Shown here in pieces: positions 1-12,296 of a stretch of DNA of 64,000 bases (position 1 is its first letter; every line of letters starts with the position of its first letter). The notes beneath the pieces are model-generated. The model searched no databases, was not told the origin of the DNA, and saw nothing but the letters and a program-made list of their open reading frames with translations. The DNA lies in NCBI GenBank assembly GCA_918797485.1, contig CAKKNE010000005.1, forward strand, positions 992,001 through 1,056,000, given 5' to 3'. The stretch is from Pelagomonas calceolata. Lineage: Eukaryota. The position numbers and the translations under genes are program-made.

Positions 1-123
1 CCGTCATTGTTATCTTCCTTGATTTGAAACATCGACGGGTCGAAGCGCGATAAACCGGCGGCGTTGATCTTGTTGAAGGTCCTCACGACGAGCTTGGGTG
101 CCGCTTTCGCGGCGGCGGCCATC
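1..123 (-). CDS. 5' end of probable D-3-phosphoglycerate dehydrogenase (runs off window)
   Basis: ATG at 123 gives MAAAAKAAPKLVVRTFNKINAAGLSRFDPSMFQIKEDN, which resembles the (I/V)KTFNxIxxxGLxRF N-terminus of one PGDH subtype. Only 41 codons are visible. Confidence 0.5.
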
Positions 124-354
124 TTTAATTGGTTGCTGGTTTATGTGATGGTGTACGCGCGCTTGTGCGGAGCGGTTGAGTATCGCTGCTGGTTTTCTTC
201 CTGCAGCAGTGTGCTCTGTGAAGTGAGCGCTTGAGCTGAAGCCTCGGCGCGCTCGTCGACAACGAGAATATGCACACGAGACGCAGCGCTACGGTATCTG
301 CTGTGCTTTGCTGCTGATTCAAGCACGCGCCTGCCACTTTTGCAAAAGTGACTG

Positions 355-375
355 CTAGCGTCGTAAAGACACTAG
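355..375 (+). promoter_or_regulatory. CTAG-bounded upstream motif
   Basis: CTAGCGTCGTAAAGACACTAG, upstream of the gene starting at 123. Confidence 0.65.
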
Positions 376-586
376 CCTTCATTGAACAACGCGCGGTACG
401 GCTTGTTCACGGCACGCGCCCGCCGCCGACGAATCGACAACGCGTGGCGTCTCCCCCACAAGCGGGATCCGCCCACTAGTCCTAGCACCGTAACAATATC
501 AGACGCGCGGCGTCCCCCACGCGCTCGGCCCACCTTCCCCCACCGCTCGAGGACGACGCCAACGACGCGACTACTAGAAACCTTAC

Positions 587-1342
587 TCACCACTTGTCCG
601 TCTTCTCTCCGGTGGAAGACGGCTCCGTCCCCAGCAACCCCGCAAGAGCTGAACGCTCCTTCTCGTTCCGAGGCGCTTGAGCCGCCAGCATCATCCTATT
701 ATCAATCAACGTATTCACGACACCGGTCCGCCGGTTCTGGACCATCAGATACACGAAGCCATCGTATTGGTCAGACACTTCCGCGAAAGCGAAGCCTTCG
801 CCGTACGGACCTTTAATATTGAACCGGACCCGCATCCTATTACTACCATCTTTTTCATCGACGTAAGGCGTATTTTCAATAAAGTTCCTCCTCCCCTCGC
901 GGTGGCCGCCGTGGTCGCGGCCGTAGCCCTTGAGTGGCGTCCCGTACACGCGTTCGATCGTGGAATTGGATCGGATGACTTCAAACGCTTTGTCGAAGAC
1001 GCTGTTCGGGGAGAGTTTCGTGGGCATGAGCTCCCGAAAGATGTAGTAGCCGCAGACCGACGCCAAGCCAAGTCCCGCGGCCCACGCACTCAGGTTGAGG
1101 CCAACGCCGACCTTCTGGGCCGGCGTCAACGGCACGAGATCATCAATGTCGTCCTCCGTCGCGCGCTCGACGGCGGACTTCTTCTTCTGCGGCGGCTTCT
1201 CGTCGGCGGCGAGTCTTCGGCGCTGCGCTCTGATGGCGCGCGCCGGCGGCCTGGCTACCGCGGCGCGCGCGGACTGGACGTGGATGGCCCGCGGTGCCGC
1301 GCGCGCGGCCGCGCGGCTCGTCACGGCGAGCCTCGAGAGCAT
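587..1342 (-). CDS. TIM21: Mitochondrial inner membrane translocase subunit Tim21
   Basis: Arg/Ala-rich presequence from MLSRLAV, one TM segment, then ELMPTKLSPNSVFDKAF...YGTPLKGYG...MRVRFNIKGPYGEG, typical of Tim21. Confidence 0.85.
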   Translation of the reverse strand: MLSRLAVTSRAAARAAPRAIHVQSARAAVARPPARAIRAQRRRLAADEKPPQKKKSAVERATEDDIDDLVPLTPAQKVGVGLNLSAWAAGLGLASVCGYYIFRELMPTKLSPNSVFDKAFEVIRSNSTIERVYGTPLKGYGRDHGGHREGRRNFIENTPYVDEKDGSNRMRVRFNIKGPYGEGFAFAEVSDQYDGFVYLMVQNRRTGVVNTLIDNRMMLAAQAPRNEKERSALAGLLGTEPSSTGEKTDKW

Positions 1343-1786
1343 GTTTGCTGCTGGTCGTGCGGCTTTGCTGCGGCCGCGCACGGTCCGGCAGCGGCTCGGG
1401 GGAGCTCTTCTCGGGCAAGACAACCCGTCTAGACCAGTGGACCCACGGCTGCGACTCGACGCGACGCGCTTGGGAGCCAGCGAGCTGGAGAGGCCAGCCC
1501 CTCTGCCAGAGCTCTTGGTGGCTAAACACAGCCGTAGACGGTTATAGCTCGGATCCTGCGGCGTGTGCAGGACGGCTGCGTCGCGCGAACGCCGCGACGA
1601 CGAGTGCAATCGCTTGCGGCGCGTGCTGTCTCACTGTGAGAGAGCCAGTGCCAAACACACGCTCTGCACGGCGCGCGTCGGCACTCGTGCCGCACCAGCG
1701 CTGCTACTCGTTTGCACCGTCCAGCACTTGTCCGCCACGAGCGCTGACGCTGCCGCTGCCGACGCGCGAAGTGTTCGCGGCGAGCA

Positions 1787-2699
1787 ATGTCGATGGACGA
1801 CACGTTCTCCGAGAGAGCGCCGACGGTCGGCCCGCAGATCCGCACATTAAGACTCGTGGAACACGTGAAACCGGAGCAGGAGCAGGCCTACCTGGAGTGG
1901 AGCCGCGAGTTCTCCGACGCGCACGCGAACTTCATCGCGGCGCGGGACCCGGAGAGCTGGTCGAGCGTCGTGATGATTAGGGACCGCGCGTTTGGAAGGA
2001 ATGATGTACGCTATATCAAGGTCTTCCGCTTCCCCGACGACGCCATCTTCGAGGCCTGGACGGCGTCGGACGAACGGCGCGAGATGATCCGGAAGGGGCT
2101 AGCTTTGAACTTCGCGGTGGACGAGAACGCCCTCGAGCGTATGTGCGCGGCGTCGTTTTTGGTCAACTTTACGCCATCGACGCGGTCGCGTCGATGGCGT
2201 GGAGGTCGCACTTGTACGCCATCGACGCGACGGCGTGGATGATTCGGCGCCAACGCAGGGGAGTTCCGGAGGCGGAGCGCCGAGGAGCAGTTTCCGTGTG
2301 TGTCCGGCGTCCTTGACACTTGCGAGCCGCGCGGCGATGGCGTCGTCACTCACCGCCCGAGTCCCGCGCAGGATCTTCGACATGTTCACGGAGGACCCGA
2401 GTAAGGGCTGCTCCCGCGACCGCGTCGCGTCGGCGTGTTTGATCGGGCTGCAGGTGTATTCGTTGGTGACACTTTACACGTACTTGCTCGGATTTATCCC
2501 CGGCTTTGCGTCATTACATATGCAGCTCCAGCTCCTCGTGTCGACGCCGCTTGTCGTGGCTTCTATAGACGTCGTGACGAACCAATTTGTGGTCAAGGCG
2601 GCACGGGCGGTCGGAATCCTGCCGAGACCGCCAACGAAGTGGGGTGGAGCGCCTGTTGTAGTGCCTCCGCCATCGCCTCACGCGACCGAATCAGTGTGA
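1787..2699 (+). CDS. ABM-like (dimeric alpha-beta barrel) domain membrane protein; exons 1787-2138, 2259-2295, 2372-2699
   Basis: VEHVKPEQEQAYLEW...FRFPDDAIFEAWTASDERR. GT-AG introns 2139-2258 and 2296-2371 join the frames to give ...ALEREFRRRSAEEQFPIFDMF..., followed by two hydrophobic helices. Confidence 0.6.
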
Positions 2700-2887
2700 A
2701 CCCCTTGTTTGATAAGTGTAAGTAACTTTACCCGGTCCCCCGGCGGTCGCTCCCCAGCCCGAACGGCTTCCCGCACTTCGAGCACGCCGAGCACCGGGTA
2801 TGCGATTGCGCGCCGCAGGCACTACACGTCTTCGTCGGGCCCGACTTGATCTTGCGCTCTTTGCGGAACCTGAGATGGATAAAACAA

Positions 2888-5800
2888 TCATGAGCGCCTC
2901 CTGGACTTCCGCACTGCTTTCAACTTCGTCTTCTTCTCTTTGGGCGCGCCCTTGTTGAACGCCGCGAGCGCTTTCAGCAGGTCCCGCGCGTCGCGCGCGC
3001 ACCAGAGCTTCGTGCCGCCGCATCTTATGGTCACGTGGGCGTCGTGCTCGCGGACTTTCGGCGGCGCCGGTGGCTCCGGCTCCGGCTCGGCGGTCGCGCC
3101 GCGCGTCTTCGCCGGCGACGCCTCCGTCGGCCTCCTCCCACTTTCTGCTAGCGCCTCGGCCGGCTTACCGCTTCGGGGGGATGCCGGCGCGTCCGCGCTC
3201 ACCTCGTCCGGGGCGGCCGGCGGCGCCTCGGAGGCACCCGCGGCGCCCGCGTCCGCGACGGCGTCGGTGGCAGCAGGCACCGCGTCAGGAGTCGCCGGCG
3301 GCGCGTCGGGCGCCGTGTCCATGGGCGCCGCGGCCGGCGCCGGCGCCCCGACGAGCTCGGGGAAGAGCACCGCGCGCTGGTCCGGCAGCTCGACCGGTTG
3401 CGAGGGCTCGGCCGGCGGCGCGGCCGTCGCGTGCGGCGACGTCGCGACGGTCGTCACCTTGGCGCCCTCCTCATTCAGTTCCTTCGTGGACTCCGCGTCC
3501 GCCATGGCCTCATCAGCCGCTACAGCCCGCGCCGCCGCCGCCGCGTCGAGCGCCGCCATATTCGAAGCAGGCAAAAACGCCAACAACCCGGACGTCACAT
3601 CAGCGATGCTAATCAATTCCTCGCCCCCGTCGGCGTACGACGCCCGGTACTTCTTCGCGTCCCGATCATAGTCTTGGACCGTGCCGATGTCCAGAGCTAG
3701 ACCCGGCCGCTTGAATTTACGACCAACGAGCAACCTGCGTTCCTGCACCTCCTCCTCGTCCGCCGCCACCAGACTACCTTGGATCTTGCCCCCCTTCACG
3801 GGCACCATCTGCACCACATCAGAGGCTTCTTTTCTATCCGCGCCCAGGTGCCAGTCTCCATAGAGATCCAATACCCTTCCAGCCGTCTCTTTACAGGGCC
3901 CCGCCGCATTGCCGACATAGATAGCTAGCGCGAGATGCAACTCGGAGGCAATACACGCGTTCTGGAGCGGCCGCGACTTGTCCCTGGCGATCGACGCCTT
4001 CACGCCGAGCTTGACGTTTTCGCGGATCATCACTCCGGTATTTGTTTTCATGCTTTGAGTGCGTCGAACGTGGCTCTGCCAGGGCTGGGGTCGGAGAGCC
4101 GCCGCCTGGTTCGCCAGCTCTCTCGTTTTAGGTTTCCACTCTGCACCAGCCCCAACAGACGTCGCGGCGTCCTCCATCACTTCAAAACATAACTGGACAC
4201 ATAAAGCCGACGATAGCAACTCGGGGTCCTTCCCGTCCTTGGCCGCTTGCGCCGAGTCCCGATACACGCGCGCCACATCATCAAAGACCGCCTCGACGCG
4301 TCGATAGGCGTTCTTCATCAATGATCGCTGAATATCTTTCAGGCACGAGGCTCCCGGAGCTCGCTGGCACCGAGGCAGCAACTTCGCGAGGCGCTTCTCC
4401 TGCAGCTCCTCAGCTCTCTTTTTTTGCCTCATCGCGCGCACCCCAGGACCGCTCCTTTTAATCTGATTGCCCGCCTCGTCCTCTTCGGAAGAGTAGCCGC
4501 CGTCGTCGGACCAGCTCCGCCAGTACCTAGAACCGCTTTCTGTGGACCTAACAGCCGCTAGCGCCTCAATCAAGGCGTTGGACATGTCCTCGTCCAGTAC
4601 TTCTAGTTCTAGAGGTAAATCTACTTCATCAGGTCTAGGCTCCGGCGGCCTCTCCACATACGTCGTCTCGGGCTCTTCGTCCAACTCCCGCTTCTTGCCC
4701 CGCGTCGTCCGTTCCTGGACCTCTTCGATCTCGTAGCCGTCCGGCCGTTGCTCGTGGAGCTTCTTCGCTTGAGCTGCCTCATCGGCATTGAGCTCCCGCA
4801 GATCCCACACATTAATTCCAATAAGTCGCGGGTCCTCCTCCTTGACGACAGGAGCTTTAGGTGTAGATGGAGCGTGCTTCTTGCCCTTGCCCTTCGTGAG
4901 TTTTCGTTTTTTGGCCTTGGACTTCGAGGGAGGCGGCGGGGGATCATCAGGTAAACCGCATTCGAGGAGCTTCGCGGCCCGCCAACTAGGTAAATAGGAG
5001 GCGGACTTCTTCTCCGCCCGTCGCAACGACTCGATTCTATAAGGTGTGCGATCATCCGCCGTGCAGACGGAGGACCACTGCTCGACCCCTCGCCACAACT
5101 TGGTAGTACTAAGGACGCGATGCCTATGCTGCAGAAAAGCATCTTCCTGGGGCACACCCGACAGAGACACAAAAAAGGGGTCCACCAGGTTGCCGCCGCG
5201 CCACGTCTGCCAGCTGATGCACGTGACGCCACTAGCCTCCGGGATCTCACTACCCGCGGCTTGCGTGTCCTGCACCATGTACAAAGGTACTAATCTAACG
5301 ACGAGCTCCATCTTCAAAGGAGGCAAGGAGGGCTTAACTTCTTCGACGGGCGCCGGGGGCTCGGGCTCGGGCTCGGGCTCCTGTGTGGGAACGACGCCGT
5401 CGCGACACGGCCGCAACTCTCTCACGAGGCGCATGGGCGCTCTGGCGGCCGCGTCGACGGCGTCGAGGCGACGTGGACTCATGAAGACGCCATCGCCTCC
5501 ACCAGATCAAGTTCAAGGTCAATGACGACGCCGCGTCCGCGCCGGCTCCGGTTCTGGCTCTTTTTTGGGCGACCGTTTCGGCGGCGCTTTGGGAGGCGGG
5601 CCTTTCCGCTTCCGGGCAAAAGCATGGGTGCCCCGCATGACCTCCCAGTGCTGCTCGGCGCCTCGAGCGCTCCTACCGGTGCCGAGTCGTTCGGCCACCT
5701 GGTCCCACGCATTGTCGCCGAGCTCCGCCACGAGTTCTTTTAATGAAGCTTCCTCGTCTTCCGCCCACCTTCCGGCAAACCGCCGCTTCTTCGCCGGCGG

Positions 5801-8498
5801 CAACTCCAGCAGAGGTTCTTCCGGTTCCTGCGGCTCCTCGTATCTGAGAGATTCAATCAATTCTTCGCACTTCGCGAGCATCACTCGAGCCGAATTGGAG
5901 ACGTCGGACGTATCTTCATTATACAACAGGGCGTTGTCGAAGGGCAGCTTCAGGTCGTCGGCGAACTGGCGGCTGCGCTCGTCGAAGCCGTCGTTGTCGT
6001 ACGCGCCGCCGACGACGCCCTCCCTCAGCGAGGCCAGGTCCATCGGCCTCCTAATTACTTTGAGGTAGTCGTACAAGCCTAACCCTTGGTGATCTAGGGG
6101 CTGCAGGAACCAGTGCGCGTCCTCCTGTTGCTCCAGCGTTTCGATGCACGCGAGGAACGCCTCCCGCCGTCGCTTCAACCACTCATCAGGAAATCGCGGT
6201 TCGATGGCCGCCACGACACACTCCAGCACTTCCGGCGCGCCCTGCTGCAGGAACCAGGATGGAGTTCTAGCTTCAGACCAACTAGGCCCGCACGCGAAGC
6301 CCGACCTTTCTAGCCGTAGTTGCAAAGCTTCTTCATGGCCCCGCGCGAAGTAGACCACAATGTCGCCGACCTGGGGCGCGTCCTGCACGTTTCTAGAACA
6401 CCATTTCCGGTCCAGCGTCTTCCCGGTCTGCTCGTCGACGGGCCCGCCGCCGTAGAAGGTAGAAGGCTTGGACCCGACCTGCCGCAGCTTCGACCCATCT
6501 TCACTTTGTCGAGTCGCGAGCTCCTTCTCCGCGGCGCGCGCGGCGCGCGTCAGTCGCTCCACGCGCTTGCGCATCCTTTGCACTTCTTCTTCACTTTTTC
6601 GGGCCATGCGTTTCTCGAGGCGTCTTTCTTGCCTTCGTTGCGCCTCGAGGCGCTGCTCCTCCCGAACTTGTTGCACCGCATCTCGATACTGTCTGTTCTC
6701 GTTGTACTGGCCCGCTTCATGAGTGGCGCGCGACGACCGTCGAGTCGGCGCTTGGGGCTCGCGTTTTTTCCGGGGCCCTCTTGTTTTTTTCTGCTCTTTG
6801 GGTATGCCCACATCACCTCCAACGAAACCGAGCGACTGGAGAAACCGCTGGTTCTCGGCGATGCGCTCCCTCCGGTGGCGCTCGTACTCGGACTCTACTG
6901 GTGGTACATAATCTAGGGCGGGTTCGCGTTCCTTCTTCTTGGACCCTTTGGACGAGCCGCCTTCTCTAGCTCGTGCCTTGGACTGGGCTTCGACCTCCCT
7001 CATGCTGAGATCGGGCCGCGACGGCTTCGGCGCTGACTGCAGAACTTCGTGTCGCTCCAGATCCTCCGCGTCGTCCTTGAGCTCGCCGGAGACGTACTCG
7101 ACGCGCCAGAGCGCCGTCGGTCGCCCGTTCGCGTCGAGGTAGTCGCTCTCCTTGCTGTTGAGGTAGCCCTTGACCTGGCCGACGCTGAAGGACGTCACTT
7201 GCCCGGAGCTGTCTAGAATACTTCTAGTGATCCACTGGCCCACGAAGGGGCCGCTCGTGCGCCAGTCAGCGGGCTCCTTCGGGCCCTCGGGCTCGGGTTC
7301 TTCTTCCTCGGCGAGCTGCGCGGCTCTCGCGATGGCCTCGTCGTCTTTCGTAGGAGGCGGCACCTGGCTTCGTAGCTTGGGGATGTTCTGCTCGAAGACG
7401 AGCTCGCCCCGTTCTTGTTTGGCCTTCTTCTCGCGGGCTGGGGGCGGCGCGCGATCTGTGACCGTGACCCAGCCCCGGGCGATGTCGTACTTGAGGTCGG
7501 CGCGAGTCCCACCTAACTGGATGAATTCTGCCGCGTTTGTGGCCGCCATGTACTTGCGGAAGCGCTTGGCGGACTCGCCCTGCGTGCGGAATCGACTCTC
7601 TCGCGGTCGCGTCGACGGCGTCGATGCGAAGTTCAGAAACAGACGCTGCGTCGCGGACCTTCTTCGGGTTGTCCTGGAGGACTTCTATCGGGGCCGCCCG
7701 GTCGACCAGGCTTCGCGCGTCCTCCGTGAGGGGCGGCTTCTCGCTCACGACGGGCGCCGGCGCGGCGTCGGCGTCATTGGCGGCCGGCGGCGCGTCGGCG
7801 CCGTCCTGCGCCGCCCGCGCCTTCGCTCTCGCTGCTTCGATCTCCAGCTGGAGCTCGTCGGGCTTTGCTGCTTCCGCCTCTAGGGCCGCGGCGGCGGTCG
7901 CGACGGTCGTCGTCGTGGCTTCGAGCAAGGCCGCCGCCTCGGCCTCGGACGACATCCGTGCGGCCACCGGCCGCGCCTCCGGCTCTTGCGCGGGGGCCTC
8001 CGGCTCGGGCTCGGGCTCCGGCGCGGGCGGCGCGGGCGGTGCCATCGGCTCGGCCGCGGCCTCTCGTTCCGGCGCGGGTTCCGGCTCGGGCGAGGGGTCC
8101 CGCGGGGCCGCCTCAGGCTCCTGCACCGGCGGCGGCGTCGTCTCCGGCGCGGCCGGCGCGGGCATCTCCGACTCGGGCGCCTCGCGCGGTGCGAACGGCG
8201 CCGGTGGCGCGTCCTCTTCCGGCGCGACGGTCGGCTCCGGTGCGTCGCGCTCGGGCTCTTCGACTTCCATGGGCTCGGGTGCGGGCTCCGGCGCCGGCGC
8301 GGAGACGTCCATGGCCGCAGGCACGTTCGAAACCGGCGGAGGCGGCGGCGCGGCTTCGGGCGCCGCGCCTGCTTCCGGCGCGACGGTTTCCATGGGTGCG
8401 GGCGGCGGCAGGGGAGCTTCCTGGCCGGCTCCGCTGCCGTTAGGCGCCGCCGCCGGTTCGAAACGGGACTCCGCGGCTCCTGCTGAATATGGCTCCAT
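2888..8498 (-). CDS. Large chromatin protein with bromodomain(s), Myb/SANT repeat and BRWD/PHIP-like segment; exons 8498-7659, 7579-5543, 5380-2888
   Basis: Bromodomain WFLQPLD...DYLKVIRRPMDL...FDNALLYN; Myb RWAEDEEASLKELVAELGDNAWDQVAERLGTGRS; PQVGDIVVYFARGH; second degenerate bromodomain LKDIQRSLMKNAYRRVEAVFDDV. Introns 7580-7658 (GT-AG) and 5381-5542 (GC-AG) link three ORFs in frame. Confidence 0.75.
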
Positions 8499-8789
8499 TG
8501 CGTTGCCGCTGGGCGTGTTTTGCCACCGCGAGCGAGTTATGGCAGTTCTCGCCGATGTCACAATTGCTTCAAACGTGACTAGCTAGTCGCGCAGCGATCA
8601 GCGGCGCTCGTTTGGACTCGAGCACAAGGAGCGTGTGAAAGGCGAAAATGCCCGCAATTGCGAGCGCACGCGACGCTGGCGCTACGGGTTGCCTGTGCCG
8701 TAGGGACTCGTTCTGAAGCTCAGGAGAGCGCAGTGCTGCAAGGCGGCGGCCGACGGACAGCGCTACGGCGAGTTGTGCTCACTGCTGTC

Positions 8790-9272
8790 ATGCAGCCCTG
8801 CCGCAGCGCGCGCGGCGCTAGGCGGCGGCCCAGAGGTCGCCACGGCTCCGCGCCGCATCGCTGCTCTCTGCTGGGAGCTCTGCTCGCCGGCTGCGCCAGC
8901 GCGCTCGACGCGACGCCGCGCCGCGCCGTAATCGCACGGCTGGCAGCCAGCGCAGTCGCGACCAGCGCTGCGCCGGCGCTGGCAGCGGATCCGCGCTGGC
9001 CGGACGACCCGTCCGGCCGGCCGGCGCCGCCGCGCAGCTGGACCGCTGCGGCCTCGGACGCGGTATCCGACGCAGCGCGCGACGCAGCGCGACGTCAGCG
9101 CGACTCGAAACGCGAATCCGCGCTCCGCGAACTCGCGGATCAGGAGCGGTTCCAGGACGACCGCATGCGGCGCTGCCGCGAGGAGGTCAGCGACGCGTGG
9201 CAGGACTGTTTTTTCCTGGGAACGACGCCGTCGAGCCGGGGGCAGCAGCGGCGCGGGCCGGCGACGTGGTGA
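8790..9272 (+). CDS. Hypothetical protein, possibly thylakoid-lumen targeted
   Basis: Hydrophobic signal (LLGALLAGCASA), then RR plus an Ala-rich segment ending ALA, like a Tat lumen signal. Confidence 0.5.
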   Translation: MQPCRSARGARRRPRGRHGSAPHRCSLLGALLAGCASALDATPRRAVIARLAASAVATSAAPALAADPRWPDDPSGRPAPPRSWTAAASDAVSDAARDAARRQRDSKRESALRELADQERFQDDRMRRCREEVSDAWQDCFFLGTTPSSRGQQRRGPATW

Positions 9273-9329
9273 CGGTCGTGGTGTGTATTGGTGTTCTGTA
9301 CGATAGATTTTAAGTTACAACAACTAACA

Positions 9330-10352
9330 TTATGACCGCAGATTCTGCCATAGCCTGCGACTCAGCATCGGGTAGAGCCTGTCCAGGGTAGCGTAACCCC
9401 GCCGGCGCTGACGCTCGGGATAGTGATCTGACCAAGGATCCCAATCATCCACGTCGGATGGGACCTCATACGGCGCGATGTCTTCCGGGTCGAAGAGGGC
9501 CCCGAAGCCCACGAAAAAGTGCAGGCGACCGCCTGCGGCGGCGGCCGCGAGACCGGGAGCGTCCATGTAGGCCAAATGAGCAAAATAAACGGGGTATTGT
9601 GGACAAGTGCCTTCGATGTCAATAGTAATCGCACTCGTTACGAGGTCGACGACGAGGCGGAATTGCGCCGGAGAATCGAACACTTGGCCATCGGTGTCGG
9701 TTAATTCCCAATGGTGGACTACCCTTCTCCGCGGGTTGCCCTCTCCGAGGTGATCTCCGATGTCAAAGTACCATGCCTCGTCGGCGTCGTCTGTCCTGAC
9801 GCCTAAGAGAAGCCCCTCGGCATCTGGCGCGTGTACGGTAAAGTGCGCCACCCATACTTCGGGCCCCGAGAGGAAATTTGGTCGCAAATCGGCTACGGCG
9901 GCATGATTGTCGAAGTCCCGATCGCGCTCCCCCCGCGCCAAGGGTTCTTCCGACCAGACACATTCCTCGACCCGCGATAGTGGCGGGTTTCGCGCACCGA
10001 GACCATAACGCGGGTTGTAGGCCGGCGTCCTCGACACTCGTAGCGACGGCAACCTTAGTGGAATCGGACTAGGGTAATTATCCCACAGCGACGCGCTTGT
10101 GGTGAATTTAACGGTTCGCAGGTGGGCGTACACGCGGCGCCAGCTCCCACACACGGCCCACGCTGATCGACGGTTGTGACTTTGCGCCTGCCCGCACCAG
10201 CGACTCCGGACCGCGCAGCGCCAAAGTTCTTCCTGGACGAGCGTCGGCCGGTCGCGATACGCGCCGCGGTTCAGCCGCTGCAGCGCGAGAACAGCGCGCC
10301 AGTCCGCATACTGCGCAACCTTCAGCAGTAGCTCTGGAATGTCCAAAATCAT
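9330..10352 (-). CDS. F-box-like hypothetical protein
   Basis: N-terminus ILDIPELLLKVAQYADWRAVLALQRLNR...LWRCAVRSRW...SWRRVY is F-box-like. Confidence 0.6.
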   Translation of the reverse strand: MILDIPELLLKVAQYADWRAVLALQRLNRGAYRDRPTLVQEELWRCAVRSRWCGQAQSHNRRSAWAVCGSWRRVYAHLRTVKFTTSASLWDNYPSPIPLRLPSLRVSRTPAYNPRYGLGARNPPLSRVEECVWSEEPLARGERDRDFDNHAAVADLRPNFLSGPEVWVAHFTVHAPDAEGLLLGVRTDDADEAWYFDIGDHLGEGNPRRRVVHHWELTDTDGQVFDSPAQFRLVVDLVTSAITIDIEGTCPQYPVYFAHLAYMDAPGLAAAAAGGRLHFFVGFGALFDPEDIAPYEVPSDVDDWDPWSDHYPERQRRRGYATLDRLYPMLSRRLWQNLRS

Positions 10353-10521
10353 GCTTTGGCCTCAGGGAGAGGCTGGTGGTTACGAGCTTGTAGCGGTGCG
10401 CAGCACTGCACAGCGCTCGCAGCGTCGTACAGAGCGACTCGTCAGCGACGTCTCAGCTATTTTGAGCAGCTGTGTGTGGCAAGCTAAGGACTGCTTTGGC
10501 AGCATTTGCACCGTGGAGTTG

Positions 10522-10541
10522 CTAGTGTCTTACGCCGCTAG
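10522..10541 (-). promoter_or_regulatory. CTAG-bounded upstream motif
   Basis: CTAGTGTCTTACGCCGCTAG, upstream of the F-box gene. Confidence 0.7.
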
Positions 10542-10608
10542 CTCGCGCACACTTCTCTGGACTTGCCGAAGCCGCGCAACAAAGCCGAAGCAATTAAAAA
10601 ATCACATC

Positions 10609-12030
10609 TTATTCATCCTCCTCGTCCTCGTCCTCGTCATCATCAAAATCCAGCACCGCCGGCCGCTCGAGCACCGCCCGCAACAGAAACCCGCGGTTCG
10701 CGGAATTGAAGAGGCAGCACTCCCGCACGAAGGCCGCCGCCGCCGCCCACCGCTGGGCACCCTTCAACGCCGGGTGCGGCACCCGTTGCACGACCGTGTC
10801 CGCGAAGGGCCCAAAGAACAACACCGCGAGGTCGGCCCGGAACCAGGAAAACGCGTTTGCCGTCGCGTTCGCGTACCTCAAAGCGATGCGAATGTCGCGG
10901 TCCGGCGGCACGGGACACTTTGCTAGTGGAGGCACTTCCTTCGCGACGCGATCGTACGAATCGGCGTAATTTGACAAAACTGATTGTGCAATATCCTCGC
11001 CGAGCCAGAACTTGGCGACAGCCGGCAAATAGACGCGAATAATCCCGATGGCTCGGACTTGCGACCACCCTCTATCGACGAACATGGCGCCGACCTGCTC
11101 CCGCACCAGGCCTTCGAAGCTCTGGAACTCGGGCGGCAGTGCCGTGAACGACGCCGCCGCCGCGACTCGCTCCGCAATGACCTTGTGGACCCAGCCGGAC
11201 GGCACATACACCGCGTCGCCCTCCTTGAGCGTGATGGCCGGGGTCTCGAATGAAGCTTCGACTCTAGCTTGCCGCGCGTGCGGGTGCGGCGCCGGCCAGA
11301 ATTTAAATTTGAAATGATCAATAGGAGGCGCCAGCGACACGCGCTTTCTTCCAGATAACAAGACGTGAAAGTTCGCGAACAGATCAAAATGCGAGGCACT
11401 GGACGTATTACGACCACCGACCCAGAGACCGGTAGGTCTAGGAGAATCCCGCACGTCCCACGTCGTCCGCGCTTCCTCGGCCCACCTTGTATTGATCATC
11501 TCGCTCTCCAAGTAGGGCGAGATCTGCCGCAAGGGCCCGCCGAAGCGCGCCGCCCGGCTCTTCTTGATGTTGTTCAGTAGCTGCCTCGGCGATGACGCTA
11601 TTTTTTTAGAGTAAGTCGACGACGCGGGCAACGTACTGTGCCGCTGTTTATCATAATAAGTGAACATGTTTCCTCGCGACAGCTCGTCGTACTCGATAGA
11701 AGGCGGCCCCTGCGCATTCTGTAACCTGTTCAGAAACTTCGCGCCGAGCCACTCGCCATCTTTTACGAAGCTTCTGACGACATAAGGACAACTAGGCGGC
11801 ACGGCGAACGTCGGCACGTGGCGAAATTCCTTGATTTTGTCCCTGGGGCAGTGCCTCGATTCACTGATGCGAGAAATGTCGACCTCGTCTTCCTTGAGGT
11901 AGGCCGCCGCGACGGCTACCAAGACGACGCCGAGCGACAGGCGCGCGCCCCAGACCTTTTTCTGGTTCTGCCGCGCCTCGGCCGCGAGCTCGGCCGCCTT
12001 TTTGTTGCGCTTCTGGCGCTTGCTGCCCAT
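10609..12030 (-). CDS. JmjC/cupin-like 2-oxoglutarate Fe(II) oxygenase with N-terminal TM
   Basis: LWVGG...SASHFDLFANFHVLLSGRKRVSLAPP...LKEGDAVYVPSGWVHKV (HxD...H triad). Confidence 0.9.
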   Translation of the reverse strand: MGSKRQKRNKKAAELAAEARQNQKKVWGARLSLGVVLVAVAAAYLKEDEVDISRISESRHCPRDKIKEFRHVPTFAVPPSCPYVVRSFVKDGEWLGAKFLNRLQNAQGPPSIEYDELSRGNMFTYYDKQRHSTLPASSTYSKKIASSPRQLLNNIKKSRAARFGGPLRQISPYLESEMINTRWAEEARTTWDVRDSPRPTGLWVGGRNTSSASHFDLFANFHVLLSGRKRVSLAPPIDHFKFKFWPAPHPHARQARVEASFETPAITLKEGDAVYVPSGWVHKVIAERVAAAASFTALPPEFQSFEGLVREQVGAMFVDRGWSQVRAIGIIRVYLPAVAKFWLGEDIAQSVLSNYADSYDRVAKEVPPLAKCPVPPDRDIRIALRYANATANAFSWFRADLAVLFFGPFADTVVQRVPHPALKGAQRWAAAAAFVRECCLFNSANRGFLLRAVLERPAVLDFDDDEDEDEEDE

Positions 12031-12273
12031 CGTTTAGCGATGTGGTGGTCGTGATGATGGTGATGAGCGGTCTTCTGAGCAGCTTTTAGCTCGCGTCGAC
12101 GGCGCGCGCTCGACTGTTTCGTGTGCTGCCAAGGCTGGCCTGCGCAGCTGCGGCGGCTTTCAGGCTGGACTGCCGTGCTATCGCTGCCGGCGATTGTTTG
12201 TTGCACGAATGCGACTCCTAAGCCTCACAACGGTGATCTTAGATGCACGACGGCCGAGGTTCGGCGGAGACAG

Positions 12274-12296
12274 CTAGCGGCCAGTAAAGACACTAG
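12274..12296 (+). promoter_or_regulatory. CTAG-bounded upstream motif
   Basis: CTAGCGGCCAGTAAAGACACTAG, between divergent genes. Confidence 0.7.

Noticed and set aside
7537..8586. Long antisense/overlapping ORFs (also 2940-3671, 28052-29119, 49489-50463, 59712-60647)
   Set aside because: Shadow ORFs produced by high GC3 codon bias; low-complexity translations with no motifs.
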